NCBI GenBank assembly: GCA_964426435.1
Contig: CAYRQY010000003.1
Location: 1-44,301 of the forward strand
DNA: 44,301 nucleotides
Direction: 5' to 3'
Source of the DNA: an uncultured Rikenellaceae bacterium
GTDB lineage: Bacteria; Bacteroidota; Bacteroidia; Bacteroidales; VadinHA17
Shown here: piece after piece, positions 17,140 to 27,317 of the stretch
Position numbering within the stretch: the first letter of the stretch is position 1
How the letters are laid out: every line of letters begins with the position of its first letter
Notes under the pieces: model-generated
Told to the model about the DNA's origin: nothing
The model's input: the letters and a program-made list of their open reading frames with translations, nothing else
Databases searched by the model: none
Translations under genes and position numbers: made by a program

Positions 17140-19440
17140 ATGAGTGCAGGAAAAGACGGTAAGGAAAGAGTGTCAGCTCCGCAGGATAATGAAGAAGCTG
17201 AAAAAGGGAAGGATGAAAAACAGAATAAGGAATTTCTGGTAAAGCATTACCCGGTAACAGGTATGTCCTGTGCCTCGTGCGCTGCTAATGTGGAATCGAC
17301 GCTGAAGAAGCAGCCGGGTGTGGTTAATGCCTCAGTTAACCTGGCCTCTCAAACAGCAACAATAGAGTTTTCTCCTGTCGTAATCCAGCCTCAGGCTCTG
17401 AAAGAATCAGTAACGTCGATCGGATATGATCTTATTACCGACGAATCCGAAAATGCCAGGAAGGAGGTTGAGAACATAGAGCTCCGGCGATATAAATCAT
17501 TAAAGGCCAGGACTATATGGGCTCTGATACTGGCAGCACCCCTTGTTCTGACCGGCATGTTCTTTATGAATATGCCATACTCTTCGTACATAATGTGGGC
17601 TCTCGCTACACCAATTGTCATTTGGCTGGGCAGGGGATTCTTCATAAATGCATGGAAGCAGATAAAGCATGGCAATGCAACCATGGATACATTGGTCTCG
17701 CTGAGCACAGGTATTGCCTACCTCTTCAGTCTCTTCAACACGTTCTTCCCCCATTTCTGGCACAGCAGGGGACTTCATGCACATGTCTATTTTGAGGCGG
17801 CCGGTGTAATTATAGCACTTATCCTCCTGGGCAGGCTGCTGGAAGCAGGGGCGAAGGCCAATACATCTGCCTCAATAAAGAAGCTGATAGGGTTGCAGCC
17901 GAAAACGGTGTTTAAAGTGATGAAGGATGGTTCGCTGAAAGAGTTCCTTATTTCAGCCGTTAAAACAGGTGATATAATAATGGCCAGGCCGGGAGAAAAG
18001 ATAGCAGTCGATGGTTCGGTTACCGGTGGCGCCAGCTATGTTGATGAGAGCATGATCACAGGTGAGCCGGTACCGGTTCTGAAGGATGTTGATTCGAGAG
18101 TTTTTGCAGGTACTGTCAATCAAAAGGGAAGTTTTCAGTACAGGGCTGAAAAGGTGGGATCGGAGACCCTCCTGAGCAGTATCATTAGAATGGTGCAGGA
18201 AGCCCAGGGAAGCAAGGCTCCCGTTCAGAAACTTGTGGATAAAATTGCAGGGATATTCGTGCCGGCCGTAGTTGTTGTCTCATTGATTACATTCCTTGCA
18301 TGGATATGGCTGGGAGGTGAGAACGGTTTAACCCAGGGCCTGCTTTCAATGATCACCGTACTTATTATTGCATGTCCCTGTGCCCTGGGCCTTGCCACAC
18401 CTACTGCGGTGATGGTGGGTATAGGCAAGGGGGCTGAGAACAATATACTGATAAAGGATGCAGAGGCTCTCGAGCTGGCACACAGGATGGATGTGCTGGT
18501 GCTCGACAAGACAGGTACGATAACTGAAGGAAGGCCGTCGGTCGAAAGAATGGAATGGCTGTCGGAAGGAGACCCGGTGATTAAGGGAAATATACTCTTC
18601 AGCCTCGAAAGCCACTCAGAACATCCGCTTGCCGGCTCGGTGGTTGATCATCTCAGGGATAAGGCTGAAAAAGTAAACCTCGACGGCATTGAGAGCATTA
18701 CGGGCAGGGGAATTTCAGGAGTGTACAAAGGGACAAGATACTATGCCGGCAGTCATAAGCTGATGCTTGAAAAGGGTATTGCGCTGGCAGGGAGATCCGA
18801 TGCACTTGCTGAGAAATGGGAGGAGGAAGCCAGAAGCGTAATATTCTTCAGCGACAGCAAGCAGGTGCTGGCAGTGATGGCTGTGGCAGACATGATTAAG
18901 CCTGGTTCGAAGGAAGCTGTCGCACAGCTCAGGAAAAGCGGCCTGGATGTTTATATGATAACCGGCGACAATCATAAAACAGCTGAGGCTGTCGCTAAAA
19001 TGACTGGTATTGAGAAGTTTGAGGCTCAGCTGCTGCCTGATGGCAAGGCCGGATTCATTAAAAAGCTCAGGGATGAGGGAAAAATTGTGGGGATGGTTGG
19101 TGACGGCATCAACGACAGTCAGGCCCTGGCAACGGCTGATGTAAGCATTGCAATGGGGAAAGGTTCGGATATAGCAATTGATACTGCAAGGATGACGCTG
19201 ATAAGCAACGATCTCTCAATCATTCCCTCAGCAATCAGGCTCAGCCGGAACACTGTAAGGACCATCAGGCAGAACCTCTTCTGGGCCTTCATCTATAATG
19301 TGATCGGAATCCCGCTGGCTGCAGGGGTGCTCTATCCCGTGAACGGATTTCTTTTGAATCCCATGATCGCAGGGGCCGCCATGGCTCTGAGCAGCGTGAG
19401 TGTCGTAACGAACAGTCTCAGGCTTAAGTATTCCCGGTGA
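17140..19440 (+). CDS. copA: Cu(I)-translocating P1B-type ATPase
   Basis: HMA domain GMSCASC, TGEP, CPC, DKTGT, HP, GDGINDS, YN and MALSS (P1B-1 signature). Confidence 0.93.
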   Translation: MSAGKDGKERVSAPQDNEEAEKGKDEKQNKEFLVKHYPVTGMSCASCAANVESTLKKQPGVVNASVNLASQTATIEFSPVVIQPQALKESVTSIGYDLITDESENARKEVENIELRRYKSLKARTIWALILAAPLVLTGMFFMNMPYSSYIMWALATPIVIWLGRGFFINAWKQIKHGNATMDTLVSLSTGIAYLFSLFNTFFPHFWHSRGLHAHVYFEAAGVIIALILLGRLLEAGAKANTSASIKKLIGLQPKTVFKVMKDGSLKEFLISAVKTGDIIMARPGEKIAVDGSVTGGASYVDESMITGEPVPVLKDVDSRVFAGTVNQKGSFQYRAEKVGSETLLSSIIRMVQEAQGSKAPVQKLVDKIAGIFVPAVVVVSLITFLAWIWLGGENGLTQGLLSMITVLIIACPCALGLATPTAVMVGIGKGAENNILIKDAEALELAHRMDVLVLDKTGTITEGRPSVERMEWLSEGDPVIKGNILFSLESHSEHPLAGSVVDHLRDKAEKVNLDGIESITGRGISGVYKGTRYYAGSHKLMLEKGIALAGRSDALAEKWEEEARSVIFFSDSKQVLAVMAVADMIKPGSKEAVAQLRKSGLDVYMITGDNHKTAEAVAKMTGIEKFEAQLLPDGKAGFIKKLRDEGKIVGMVGDGINDSQALATADVSIAMGKGSDIAIDTARMTLISNDLSIIPSAIRLSRNTVRTIRQNLFWAFIYNVIGIPLAAGVLYPVNGFLLNPMIAGAAMALSSVSVVTNSLRLKYSR

Positions 19441-20323
19441 TCTGTTGATCCAGCTTCAGTATATGGTTGTGAACTTCTTCAATAAGCCAGCCGGGTGTTG
19501 ACGTAGCCCCGCAGACACCCGCCGAGCTCTTGTCCCTGAACCAGACTGCTTCAACTTCTTCCGGTCCTGTTATAAAATAGGAATCGGGATTTACACTTTT
19601 GCATACAGAAAAGAGATGGCGGCCGTTTGAACTCTCCTTCCCGCTTACAAATATTATTATATCGTGTTTTTCAGCGAACTCCCTCAGATGTGGTTCCCGG
19701 TTGGAAACCTGTCCGCAAACAGTGTTGTGGACGGTCAGGAGTTTTTCCGGATCCTGCACACCCTTCTGCTTCATCCCCCTGACTATCATGCTGGCTATCT
19801 CTTCGTAATCGTTTACGCTCATGGTGGTCTGTGAGAAGAGGTAAACCGGCCTGGTCAGGTCAATCCCGGCTATATCTTCCTTTCCGGCAATTACCACTCC
19901 CTCATTGCCTGTCTGGCCGAGGAGTCCTCTTACCTCAGCATGGCCGGGTTTTCCGTAGATTACTATCTGACCTTTTTCCTCCCTGGCCCTGATCCAGATT
20001 CTTCTGATCTTCGACTGCAGCTTTTTAACTATCGGGCATGTGGCTTCAATGATGGTAATGTTGTTATCTTCTGCCATCCTGTATGTCTCAGGCGGCTCTC
20101 CATGTGCCCTGATAAGAACCAGGGAGTCTTTTAGCAAACTGAACTGCTCATGGGTTAACGAAATGAGTCCCATGGATGCAAGGCGCTCTATCTCCTTTTC
20201 GTTGTGTACAATGGGCCCGAGGGAATAGACTTTTTTTCCCCTCATCAGGGCCTCCTCTGCGGTCTTTACGGCGTTTTTCACTCCGAAGCAGAATCCCGAT
20301 TCCCGGTCAGTCTCAACCCGCAT
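19424..20323 (-). CDS. ispH: 4-hydroxy-3-methylbut-2-enyl diphosphate reductase
   Basis: GFCFGV, IVHN, RAHG, ATCP, SQTT, NTVC, SSNG, GATSTP. Confidence 0.96.
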   Translation of the reverse strand: MRVETDRESGFCFGVKNAVKTAEEALMRGKKVYSLGPIVHNEKEIERLASMGLISLTHEQFSLLKDSLVLIRAHGEPPETYRMAEDNNITIIEATCPIVKKLQSKIRRIWIRAREEKGQIVIYGKPGHAEVRGLLGQTGNEGVVIAGKEDIAGIDLTRPVYLFSQTTMSVNDYEEIASMIVRGMKQKGVQDPEKLLTVHNTVCGQVSNREPHLREFAEKHDIIIFVSGKESSNGRHLFSVCKSVNPDSYFITGPEEVEAVWFRDKSSAGVCGATSTPGWLIEEVHNHILKLDQQITGNT

Positions 20324-21008
20324 TCAGCTTTTCATTTATTATCTTCATGATCCAATCCATCTGCTCTGCAACAGTCATACTGGTATTGTCCAGGATAATT
20401 GCATCATCAGCCCGTCGCAGAGGACTGATATCCCGGTTCTCGTCAGCGATATCCCTGGCAATAATGTTTCTTCTGATCTCTTCAAAGTCAGCTTCTATCT
20501 GTCTTCCCCTGAGCTCATCGAGCCTCCGCTTTGCCCTTATATCGACTGAAGCTGTCATGAATATTTTTACATCGGCGTCAGGAAAGACTATGGTTCCGAT
20601 ATCTCGGCCATCCATAACGATCCCCTTAAGCACACCTATCTGCCGCTGCAGCTCCACCATCATCTGCCTTACCTCCTGTATCTGGCTTATCCTGCTCACA
20701 TGTCCGGTTACCTCTATGCTTCTTATCTCCTTTTCGACATTTTCGGAATTCAGATATGTTTCATATTCAGATATATCGGGGTTATAAACAAATCCGATAT
20801 GTATATCGCGGAGTTCGGCAAGTATGCCGGTAAGGTCGATATAACCTTTCCCAACGAATCCCCGGCGCATGCAGTACAGGGTTACGGCCCTGTACATGGC
20901 TCCGCTGTCGATATATAAATACTGAAGCTCCTTTGCAATACTCTTTGCAAAGGTGCTCTTGCCACACCCGGAGTATCCGTCGATCGCTATTATCAGTCTT
21001 TTCTGCAT
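20313..21008 (-). CDS. cmk: Cytidylate kinase
   Basis: IAIDGYSGCGKST, DSGAMYRA, MDGRDIGT.VFPDA. Confidence 0.96.
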   Translation of the reverse strand: MQKRLIIAIDGYSGCGKSTFAKSIAKELQYLYIDSGAMYRAVTLYCMRRGFVGKGYIDLTGILAELRDIHIGFVYNPDISEYETYLNSENVEKEIRSIEVTGHVSRISQIQEVRQMMVELQRQIGVLKGIVMDGRDIGTIVFPDADVKIFMTASVDIRAKRRLDELRGRQIEADFEEIRRNIIARDIADENRDISPLRRADDAIILDNTSMTVAEQMDWIMKIINEKLNAG

Positions 21009-21057
21009 AACATCTCAGGTCACAAAGATTGCAATTATGAATGGAATAAAAACTCTG

Positions 21058-22095
21058 TCATTCGCGGAATTTTCTGAACAGAAGGTCGGGGCGGGCAATT
21101 AGTGAGACATGGTTTGACGATCCTGCAAGGTGATAGTTAGCCCTTCCGAACTCGATGGAGAGTATCGAGGTATTGATGCCGAACCCCCAGGAAAGCCCGA
21201 CTGTCGAGACCTTCGATTCAATCTGTAGTTCTCTTCTGCGCTGGTAATTATAGCCGGCGCCGAAATAGATGTTTTTATGCGGAATCACTTCAACGCCTGC
21301 GATAATATGTCTCATCAGGTTTTCCATAAATCCGTCGCTGAATGATTCATCCCCGCTCTCCGGAATACCCCCGGTCCTGTAATCGTGTGTAAGGTCAAAC
21401 TTCTCGAGGTGCCTCAGGGTGAGCGATAATCTCAGGGGGGCATGTTCGGGTTTGCCGGTGAATCCGGCTTCAATCTCAAATGGAAGCTTCTGTCGGGGTT
21501 CCCCGGCATATGAAGTGAGCTGGTAACCTATATTCCTAAGCACAAGTCCGGCCGACAGAAGTTTGGAGCGGCTTTGCCACGACACTCCTATATCGAGTGC
21601 AAAGCCAAGGGAACTGTATCGCTCGAGATGCGATAGAACAGGTTTGAAATTAATGCCGGCAGTGAATGATGAGTCTATCCTGTGCGACCAGATCAGGGAG
21701 AGGGCATATTCGGCCGCACTGAATTCTCCGGTGATCGATCCTGCTGGATCAGCCTCTGTGAACCAGCCGTAATTAAGGTAAGTAAGACCTGCAGCAAAAT
21801 TGCCTGCTTTCGGTATGGACCTTGCATACAGAACGAGTCCATAGTTGATGCCTGCAAAGTAGTTCACATAATTGAGGGCAAGATTCCTGTCCATACCGCT
21901 GTTAAGCAGGGAAGGATTATGATATGCAAGATTCAGGTTTGTGCCCGGAAGTGAGACATTGGAGCCGCCGAGCGAGGAGACCAGTCCCGAATGAGTGAGA
22001 TTGAGGAACTCGTAAACATTGTCGCCTCCGGTCTGCGGAAAAATCGGGAAAGCAAATGCCATGCAGAATAATATAGCCAGCGATCTTGTAACCAT
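21058..22095 (-). CDS. porQ: Type IX secretion system outer-membrane protein PorQ
   Basis: PorV/PorQ-like barrel with YEFLNL...SLGG.N, NPSLL, PLRLSLT, GYNYQRRREL. Sits in the conserved position upstream of cmk. Confidence 0.85.
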   Translation of the reverse strand: MVTRSLAILFCMAFAFPIFPQTGGDNVYEFLNLTHSGLVSSLGGSNVSLPGTNLNLAYHNPSLLNSGMDRNLALNYVNYFAGINYGLVLYARSIPKAGNFAAGLTYLNYGWFTEADPAGSITGEFSAAEYALSLIWSHRIDSSFTAGINFKPVLSHLERYSSLGFALDIGVSWQSRSKLLSAGLVLRNIGYQLTSYAGEPRQKLPFEIEAGFTGKPEHAPLRLSLTLRHLEKFDLTHDYRTGGIPESGDESFSDGFMENLMRHIIAGVEVIPHKNIYFGAGYNYQRRRELQIESKVSTVGLSWGFGINTSILSIEFGRANYHLAGSSNHVSLIARPDLLFRKFRE

Positions 22096-22106
22096 ACCAT
22101 TATTTA

Positions 22107-22114
22107 CAAAGCTA
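22107..22114 (-). promoter_or_regulatory. -7 promoter element for porQ-cmk-ispH
   Basis: TAGCTTTG, 11 nt upstream of the porQ ATG. Confidence 0.65.
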
Positions 22115-22182
22115 AAGATATTAAATTCTGCAGGACCGGCTGCAGTAAAACCTGTTAAAAAGCGTAAGTCATGGCAGCACGA

Positions 22183-23112
22183 TCATGCTGTTTTCCCGGT
22201 AAGGATCAGAGCATCGTCGCTTTTCTTTTCCCTTCCGTTAAGCTGCGACATAAAGAGCCCGGTAATAACGATTATCATACCTGCAATGTTCTGGAGGGTG
22301 AGCTTCTCGCCCAGGATGAAAAACGCGAAGAGGGCAGTCAGGAGGGGAATGGAATTGGTAAAGACGTTTACCCTGGAGATGCCCATTTTCTTGACGGAAT
22401 AGGCAAAAAGGATAAAAGCCCCGCATGAGGCAAATAATGCCAGCTCGATAACAGGGATCAGATCACTGAAAGTAAAAGGGGTATTTATCAGATGAGTCAT
22501 ATCAGTTGCCAGGAAGATCGGCAGAAAGAGAACCACACCGATGGTGTTCTGTACTGCAACTATGAAAACAGGAGTATATGCTCCCAGAAGCCTGGTGAGT
22601 ATAAGATTATAGCCAACGGCAGAGAAGACGGCCAGAAACAGAAGCGCCAGCCCCCTGATATTGAATGTCAGTGAACCATCCGTGTTGATGATAAAGACGA
22701 TGATACCAATGAATGACAGAATGATCCCGGCATAATTGATCCTCTTCAGCCTCTCTTTCAACAGCAGCCAGGCCCCCAGGGCAACAAAGACCGGTATCGT
22801 CGAGATTACTACCGATCCGATGGTGGCAGATACATATGTGAGGCCGAAACTCTCCCCGAGAAAATAGAGGAATGGCTCAAAAACTGCCAGGATAAGAAAG
22901 AATTTCCGGTCTTTCTTCTCTATCTTCCTGAAATTATTTGAGAAGAACAGATACACTCCAAGTACAACGATGGATATTAGAAGACGAAGAAATACGATTG
23001 TAATTGGCTTGAATGTCTCATTGGCCACTTTGAACCAGATGAATGAAAAGGCCCAGAAAACCATCGCCAGCGATACTGCAAGATATTTCCTTATGTTAGT
23101 TCCCGTCGGCAA
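22183..23112 (-). CDS. DMT/EamA-family transporter
   Basis: About 10 TM helices in two EamA repeats (FWAFSF...RL; P...AL.A...L.E). TTG start is uncertain. Confidence 0.9.
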   Translation of the reverse strand: MPTGTNIRKYLAVSLAMVFWAFSFIWFKVANETFKPITIVFLRLLISIVVLGVYLFFSNNFRKIEKKDRKFFLILAVFEPFLYFLGESFGLTYVSATIGSVVISTIPVFVALGAWLLLKERLKRINYAGIILSFIGIIVFIINTDGSLTFNIRGLALLFLAVFSAVGYNLILTRLLGAYTPVFIVAVQNTIGVVLFLPIFLATDMTHLINTPFTFSDLIPVIELALFASCGAFILFAYSVKKMGISRVNVFTNSIPLLTALFAFFILGEKLTLQNIAGMIIVITGLFMSQLNGREKKSDDALILTGKTA

Positions 23113-23291
23113 TTCTGTGATTTACAATAATTATTCAGGGGTGCGAATTTATATTTAATAATTGTTAATTTCCCTTCGCGGGAAGAATTTATTTCCTGCC
23201 CTTTGCAGGGACGCAACATCAGGTTTCGAACCAGTCGGGAGAAGAACCAGTATGATCTTATTAAAATGCAATAGAACAATTACATAACCGG

Positions 23292-23305
23292 TCGAAATGT
23301 TTCGA
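23292..23305. promoter_or_regulatory. Putative LacI-type operator
   Basis: TCGAAATGTTTCGA, one change from the perfect palindrome TCGAAACGTTTCGA, 28 nt upstream of the etf -33 box. Confidence 0.45.
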
Positions 23306-23333
23306 ACAGCATATAAAAATGAGTTCTGCCGGG

Positions 23334-23364
23334 TTTGTTTGTGAACCATTAATTATTATATTTG
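23334..23364 (+). promoter_or_regulatory. Consensus Bacteroidetes promoter of the etf operon
   Basis: TTTG-N19-TATATTTG. Confidence 0.8.
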
Positions 23365-23421
23365 CCGCCTCAATGAAGAGAATTGATCAATTAAAACAGC
23401 ACAAATTTAAATTCTTAACGG

Positions 23422-24171
23422 ATGAAAATATTAGTCTGTATCAGCAATGTACCTGATACCACCACAAAGATCAGGTTTGCTGAAGGAAACAGGTCTGTTG
23501 ACACAACCGGCGTCCAGTGGGTTATAAACCCTTGGGATGAGCTCTCGCTTACACGCGCCCTGGAGCTTAAAGATAATGCTGCAACCGGGATAAAATCAGT
23601 TACTGTTGCTCATGTGGGCACTTCCGATTCAGAGCCAACCATAAGAAAGGCGCTTGCAATAGGTGCTGATGATGCCGTAAGGGTTAATTCGGCCTCTTCC
23701 GACTCTTTTTTTGTAGCCGCCCAGCTTGCAGAGATCATCAGGAAGGAACAGTATGATATAATTATGTGCGGTATCGAATCAAGCGATTTCAACGGGTCGG
23801 CTGTAGGCGGAATGATATCCGAATTTCTTGATATACCGTCGGTATCTGCTGTCTCGGGGATAAACATCGAGAATGGCAGGAGTTTAATTACCCGTGAGAT
23901 TGACGGCGGCAGGGAGGTTGTGGAAGTGCCGGCACCTTTTGTGGCGATCGTCCAGAAGGGGATTGCAAAAGAGCCGAGAATAGCCGCCATGAGGGGCATA
24001 ATGATGGCCCGGACCAAACAAATCAGGGTCTATGAACCTGTTGATGCTGAGGTCGTAACAGAGATAACCGAACTAGAAAAACCTGCCCATGGGGCAGCAT
24101 GCAAATTTGTCGATGCCGACAATCCCGCAATGTTGATAGAGCTTCTCCAGAATGAGGCGAAAGTAATCTGA
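23422..24171 (+). CDS. etfB: Electron transfer flavoprotein beta subunit
   Basis: MKILVCISNVPDT, INPWDE, RKALAIGAD, EPR...MRGIMMA. Confidence 0.96.
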   Translation: MKILVCISNVPDTTTKIRFAEGNRSVDTTGVQWVINPWDELSLTRALELKDNAATGIKSVTVAHVGTSDSEPTIRKALAIGADDAVRVNSASSDSFFVAAQLAEIIRKEQYDIIMCGIESSDFNGSAVGGMISEFLDIPSVSAVSGINIENGRSLITREIDGGREVVEVPAPFVAIVQKGIAKEPRIAAMRGIMMARTKQIRVYEPVDAEVVTEITELEKPAHGAACKFVDADNPAMLIELLQNEAKVI

Positions 24172-24202
24172 TATCCAATTTGTAAACTTAATCATCTGAA
24201 AA

Positions 24203-25174
24203 ATGTCAGTATTAGTATATACCGAGAACTGGGACGGAAAATTCAAGAAGCTAACATCTGAGCTTCTTTCATACGCATCGGCAACAGCTGAAATGCTTGG
24301 TACAGGGGTAACGGCCGTAACAATAGGGGAGACGGGGGAGAGCGAATTAATGACTCTCGGAAGGTTTGGTGCATCGAAGGTAATTAATGTTGTTGATGAT
24401 AACCTTAAAGTACTCGATAACCAGGCCTATACCAGGATCCTTGCCGGTATCGCCCTTAAGGAGGGGTCGAAGGTTATTATCATGGCCAACAATAACTCAG
24501 GCAAGGCAATAGCCCCGAGGCTCACTGTAAGGCTAAAGGCCGGTATCGGATCGGGTGTAAGCAGACTGCCGCTGAGCCTGAATCCGTTCACTGTTTACAA
24601 AAGAACCTATTCGGGCAATGCCTTTGCCCACCTGGTGATCAAAACGGAGATCAGGATTCTGACTCTTGCGCAGAACTCATTTGGCATAACCGAAAAACCG
24701 GTTAATGTTACAATAGAAAAAACAACAGCTGAAATTGATGCTTCATCAGTAAAAACAGTTGTGAAGGATGTTCAGAAGCAGACCGGCAGGATACTGCTTA
24801 CTGATGCAGACATTGTTGTTTCAGGGGGCAGGGGGATGAAATCGCCCGATAACTGGGGCCCACTGGAAGAGCTGGCTTCCCTGCTGGGAGGTGCCACAGC
24901 ATGCTCAAGACCTGTCTCGGATGAAGGCTGGAGGCCTCATGAAGAGCACACCGGGCAAACCGGGAAGATAATTGCCCCTGACCTTTACATCGCGGTCGGT
25001 ATATCGGGTGCCACACAGCACCTTGCAGGCATAAGCTCGTCGAAATATATCGTGGCTATAAACTCCGACAAGGACGCCCCGATTTTTGAAGCGGCCAGCT
25101 ACGGAATTGTGGGGGATGCAATGAAGGTAGTCCCTAAACTGGTAGAGGCAGTAAGAAATCTGAAAAAACAATAA
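24203..25174 (+). CDS. etfA: Electron transfer flavoprotein alpha subunit
   Basis: ADIVVSGGRG, GQTGK..APDLYIAVGISGA.QH.AG, AINSDKDAPIF. Confidence 0.96.
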   Translation: MSVLVYTENWDGKFKKLTSELLSYASATAEMLGTGVTAVTIGETGESELMTLGRFGASKVINVVDDNLKVLDNQAYTRILAGIALKEGSKVIIMANNNSGKAIAPRLTVRLKAGIGSGVSRLPLSLNPFTVYKRTYSGNAFAHLVIKTEIRILTLAQNSFGITEKPVNVTIEKTTAEIDASSVKTVVKDVQKQTGRILLTDADIVVSGGRGMKSPDNWGPLEELASLLGGATACSRPVSDEGWRPHEEHTGQTGKIIAPDLYIAVGISGATQHLAGISSSKYIVAINSDKDAPIFEAASYGIVGDAMKVVPKLVEAVRNLKKQ

Positions 25175-25176
25175 CA

Positions 25177-25198
25177 GGGACGTTGCATGCAACGTCCC
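25177..25198. repeat. Perfect 22-bp REP-like palindrome
   Basis: GGGACGTTGCATGCAACGTCCC in the 37-bp gap between etfA and the next gene. Confidence 0.85.
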
Positions 25199-25211
25199 CA
25201 CCACATATACA

Positions 25212-27293
25212 ATGAAACAGATCATTTTCATATCGGTTCTCCTTGTTACCTTCGCAGTATTCTTCTATACCATCAGCAGGCTTGTTAAAAACTTCAGTTT
25301 CACAAGAACTGCTTTCCCTGTAAAAGATATACTGCAGCGATTCAGGGTAATGCTCAGCGTGGCTTTCGGACAGACAAGGATCTTCAGGCGGCCTGTTACG
25401 GGATTTTTCCATGCACTGGTTTTCTGGGGATTCTGCGTAATCCTTTTCGGCAGCATTGAGATGGTGGTCGACGGCATTGCAGGTACAGAAAGGGCTTTGA
25501 GCTTTCTGGGGCCATTCTATAATGTACTGATGGCTTCGGGCGATATATTCGCCCTCCTGGTTGCCGTTTCGATAATAATCTTTCTTGTCAGGAGGATCTT
25601 CATGCATATACCGAGGTTTGAAGGTATCGAGATGAAGCGCAGATCGCATCTCGATGCAGGAGCCGCCCTTACCCTTATACTGCTCCTTATGATCTCCCTG
25701 CTGTCGATGAATACCGGGTATCTGGGCTATATGAAGACAGGCGGAGAAGAGATTGCCGGCGTTTATCCCGTCAGCACTTTTCTTGCAGGACTCTTCGTTG
25801 GCATGACGACCGGAGGTTATCATCTAATGCACGAGATATCGTGGTGGACCCACATACTGCTTATTTTCTTCTTTGCCAATTATCTTCCCTATTCCAAGCA
25901 TTTCCACGTATTTATGTCAGTCCCGAACGTATTTCTATCGAGGCTCTGGCCGCTTGGCAAAGTGACAAACATGGACAGTATCACAAGGGAGGTTAAGCTT
26001 ATGCTCGATCCTTCAACTGCCTTTGCCCCGGCGGCGGCTGATGCACCTCCTGAAAGGTTCGGAGTGAAGGATGCCGAAGATGCAACCTGGAAAAATTATT
26101 TCGACTCGCTCTCGTGCACGGAATGCGGCAGATGCACATCTGTCTGCCCGGCAAATATCACCGGCAAGAAACTGTCGCCCCGTAAGATAATGATGGATCT
26201 CAGGGCCAGGATGAAGGAGAAGGGCCCGATGATGGTGAAAAACGGAAGGGATTACAGCGATGGCAGGTCCCTCCTCAGGGATTACATCACCGAGGAAGAG
26301 CTCTGGGCATGCACGACATGCAATGCCTGTGCAAGGGAGTGTCCGGTAAATATCAACCAGCCCGAGCTTATTATTGATATGCGCAGGTACCTCGTTCTCG
26401 AGGAAGCTTCTGCTCCCGGTGAGCTTAAAACACTCTTCAGCAATATCGAGAACAACGGGGCTCCCTGGCAATACTCAAACGAAGACCGGTTATTATGGGC
26501 AAATGGTCTAGATTTTCAGGTGCCCGTAATGGCAGATCTCCATGCCAGGGGAGAGAAACCCGAATATCTTTTCTGGGTAGGATGTGCCGGTGCATTCGAC
26601 GACAGGTATAAGAAAGTGGTCAGGGCATTTGCCAGGATACTTTCTCACCTCGGTACAAGTTATGCAGTGCTTGGTGCCGAAGAGACATGCAACGGAGATC
26701 CGGCCCGCCGGGCAGGAAACGAGATGCTTTACCAGATGCAGGCTCTGCAGGTAATAGAGATATTCAGGAATTACGATATCCGGAAAGTAATTACCACATG
26801 CCCTCACTGCTTTAATGTTTTTAAAAATGAGTATCCCGACCTGGGCGGTGATTTTGAGGTGATTAACTATCTTCATTTTATCGACAGGAACATTCATGAG
26901 GGGAAACTGAAACCGGTCGAAGAAACCAAAGGCAACGCGTCGGTGACCTATCACGATCCATGCTACCTTGGCAGGGCAAATGAGATCTATTCCGAGCCGA
27001 GGAAAATACTGAAAGCGCTTCCGCTGAACCTTGTGGAGATGAAGAGAAATAAAAGCTATGCCCTTTGCTGCGGAGCCGGAGGAGGACAGATGTTCAAGGA
27101 GGCTGAAAAAGGCGACAGGGAGGTTTTCCTGGAGAGGACAGAGGAGGCTCTCGATACGGGGGCAGGCATTATTGCCTCGGCATGCCCCTTCTGCATGACG
27201 ATGATCACCGACGGACTTAAATACAGGAACAGGGAAAATGAGATCAAAAATCTCGATATTGCAGAACTTATTGCAGAATCATTGAAATTATAA
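25212..27293 (+). CDS. Membrane-bound FeS/CCG-domain oxidoreductase (FadF / ETF:menaquinone oxidoreductase-like)
   Basis: N-terminal TM domain with His candidates (FFHALVFWG, WWTH, SKHFH), two CxxCxxCxxxCP motifs, and CCG-type domains (CNGD...CPHC; YHDPC...CCGAGGG...CPFC). Confidence 0.9.
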   Translation: MKQIIFISVLLVTFAVFFYTISRLVKNFSFTRTAFPVKDILQRFRVMLSVAFGQTRIFRRPVTGFFHALVFWGFCVILFGSIEMVVDGIAGTERALSFLGPFYNVLMASGDIFALLVAVSIIIFLVRRIFMHIPRFEGIEMKRRSHLDAGAALTLILLLMISLLSMNTGYLGYMKTGGEEIAGVYPVSTFLAGLFVGMTTGGYHLMHEISWWTHILLIFFFANYLPYSKHFHVFMSVPNVFLSRLWPLGKVTNMDSITREVKLMLDPSTAFAPAAADAPPERFGVKDAEDATWKNYFDSLSCTECGRCTSVCPANITGKKLSPRKIMMDLRARMKEKGPMMVKNGRDYSDGRSLLRDYITEEELWACTTCNACARECPVNINQPELIIDMRRYLVLEEASAPGELKTLFSNIENNGAPWQYSNEDRLLWANGLDFQVPVMADLHARGEKPEYLFWVGCAGAFDDRYKKVVRAFARILSHLGTSYAVLGAEETCNGDPARRAGNEMLYQMQALQVIEIFRNYDIRKVITTCPHCFNVFKNEYPDLGGDFEVINYLHFIDRNIHEGKLKPVEETKGNASVTYHDPCYLGRANEIYSEPRKILKALPLNLVEMKRNKSYALCCGAGGGQMFKEAEKGDREVFLERTEEALDTGAGIIASACPFCMTMITDGLKYRNRENEIKNLDIAELIAESLKL

Positions 27294-27317
27294 ACTTATC
27301 CAAATAATCTTACGAAG

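Noticed and set aside
23170-23245. tRNA-like or riboswitch sequence (contains GGTTTCGAACC and two hairpins)
   Set aside because: No cloverleaf or acceptor stem can be built and no riboswitch consensus is recognised.
23339-23356. Rex operator over the etf promoter (TTGTGAA...)
   Set aside because: Only the left half-site matches TTGTGAA-N4-TTCACAA.
25134-25823. Long antisense ORFs (e.g. 25134-25823, 13807-14406, 20176-20787, 9861-10421, 28266-28772, 39327-39815)
   Set aside because: They are shadow frames of well-supported genes on the opposite strand, with no recognisable motifs.
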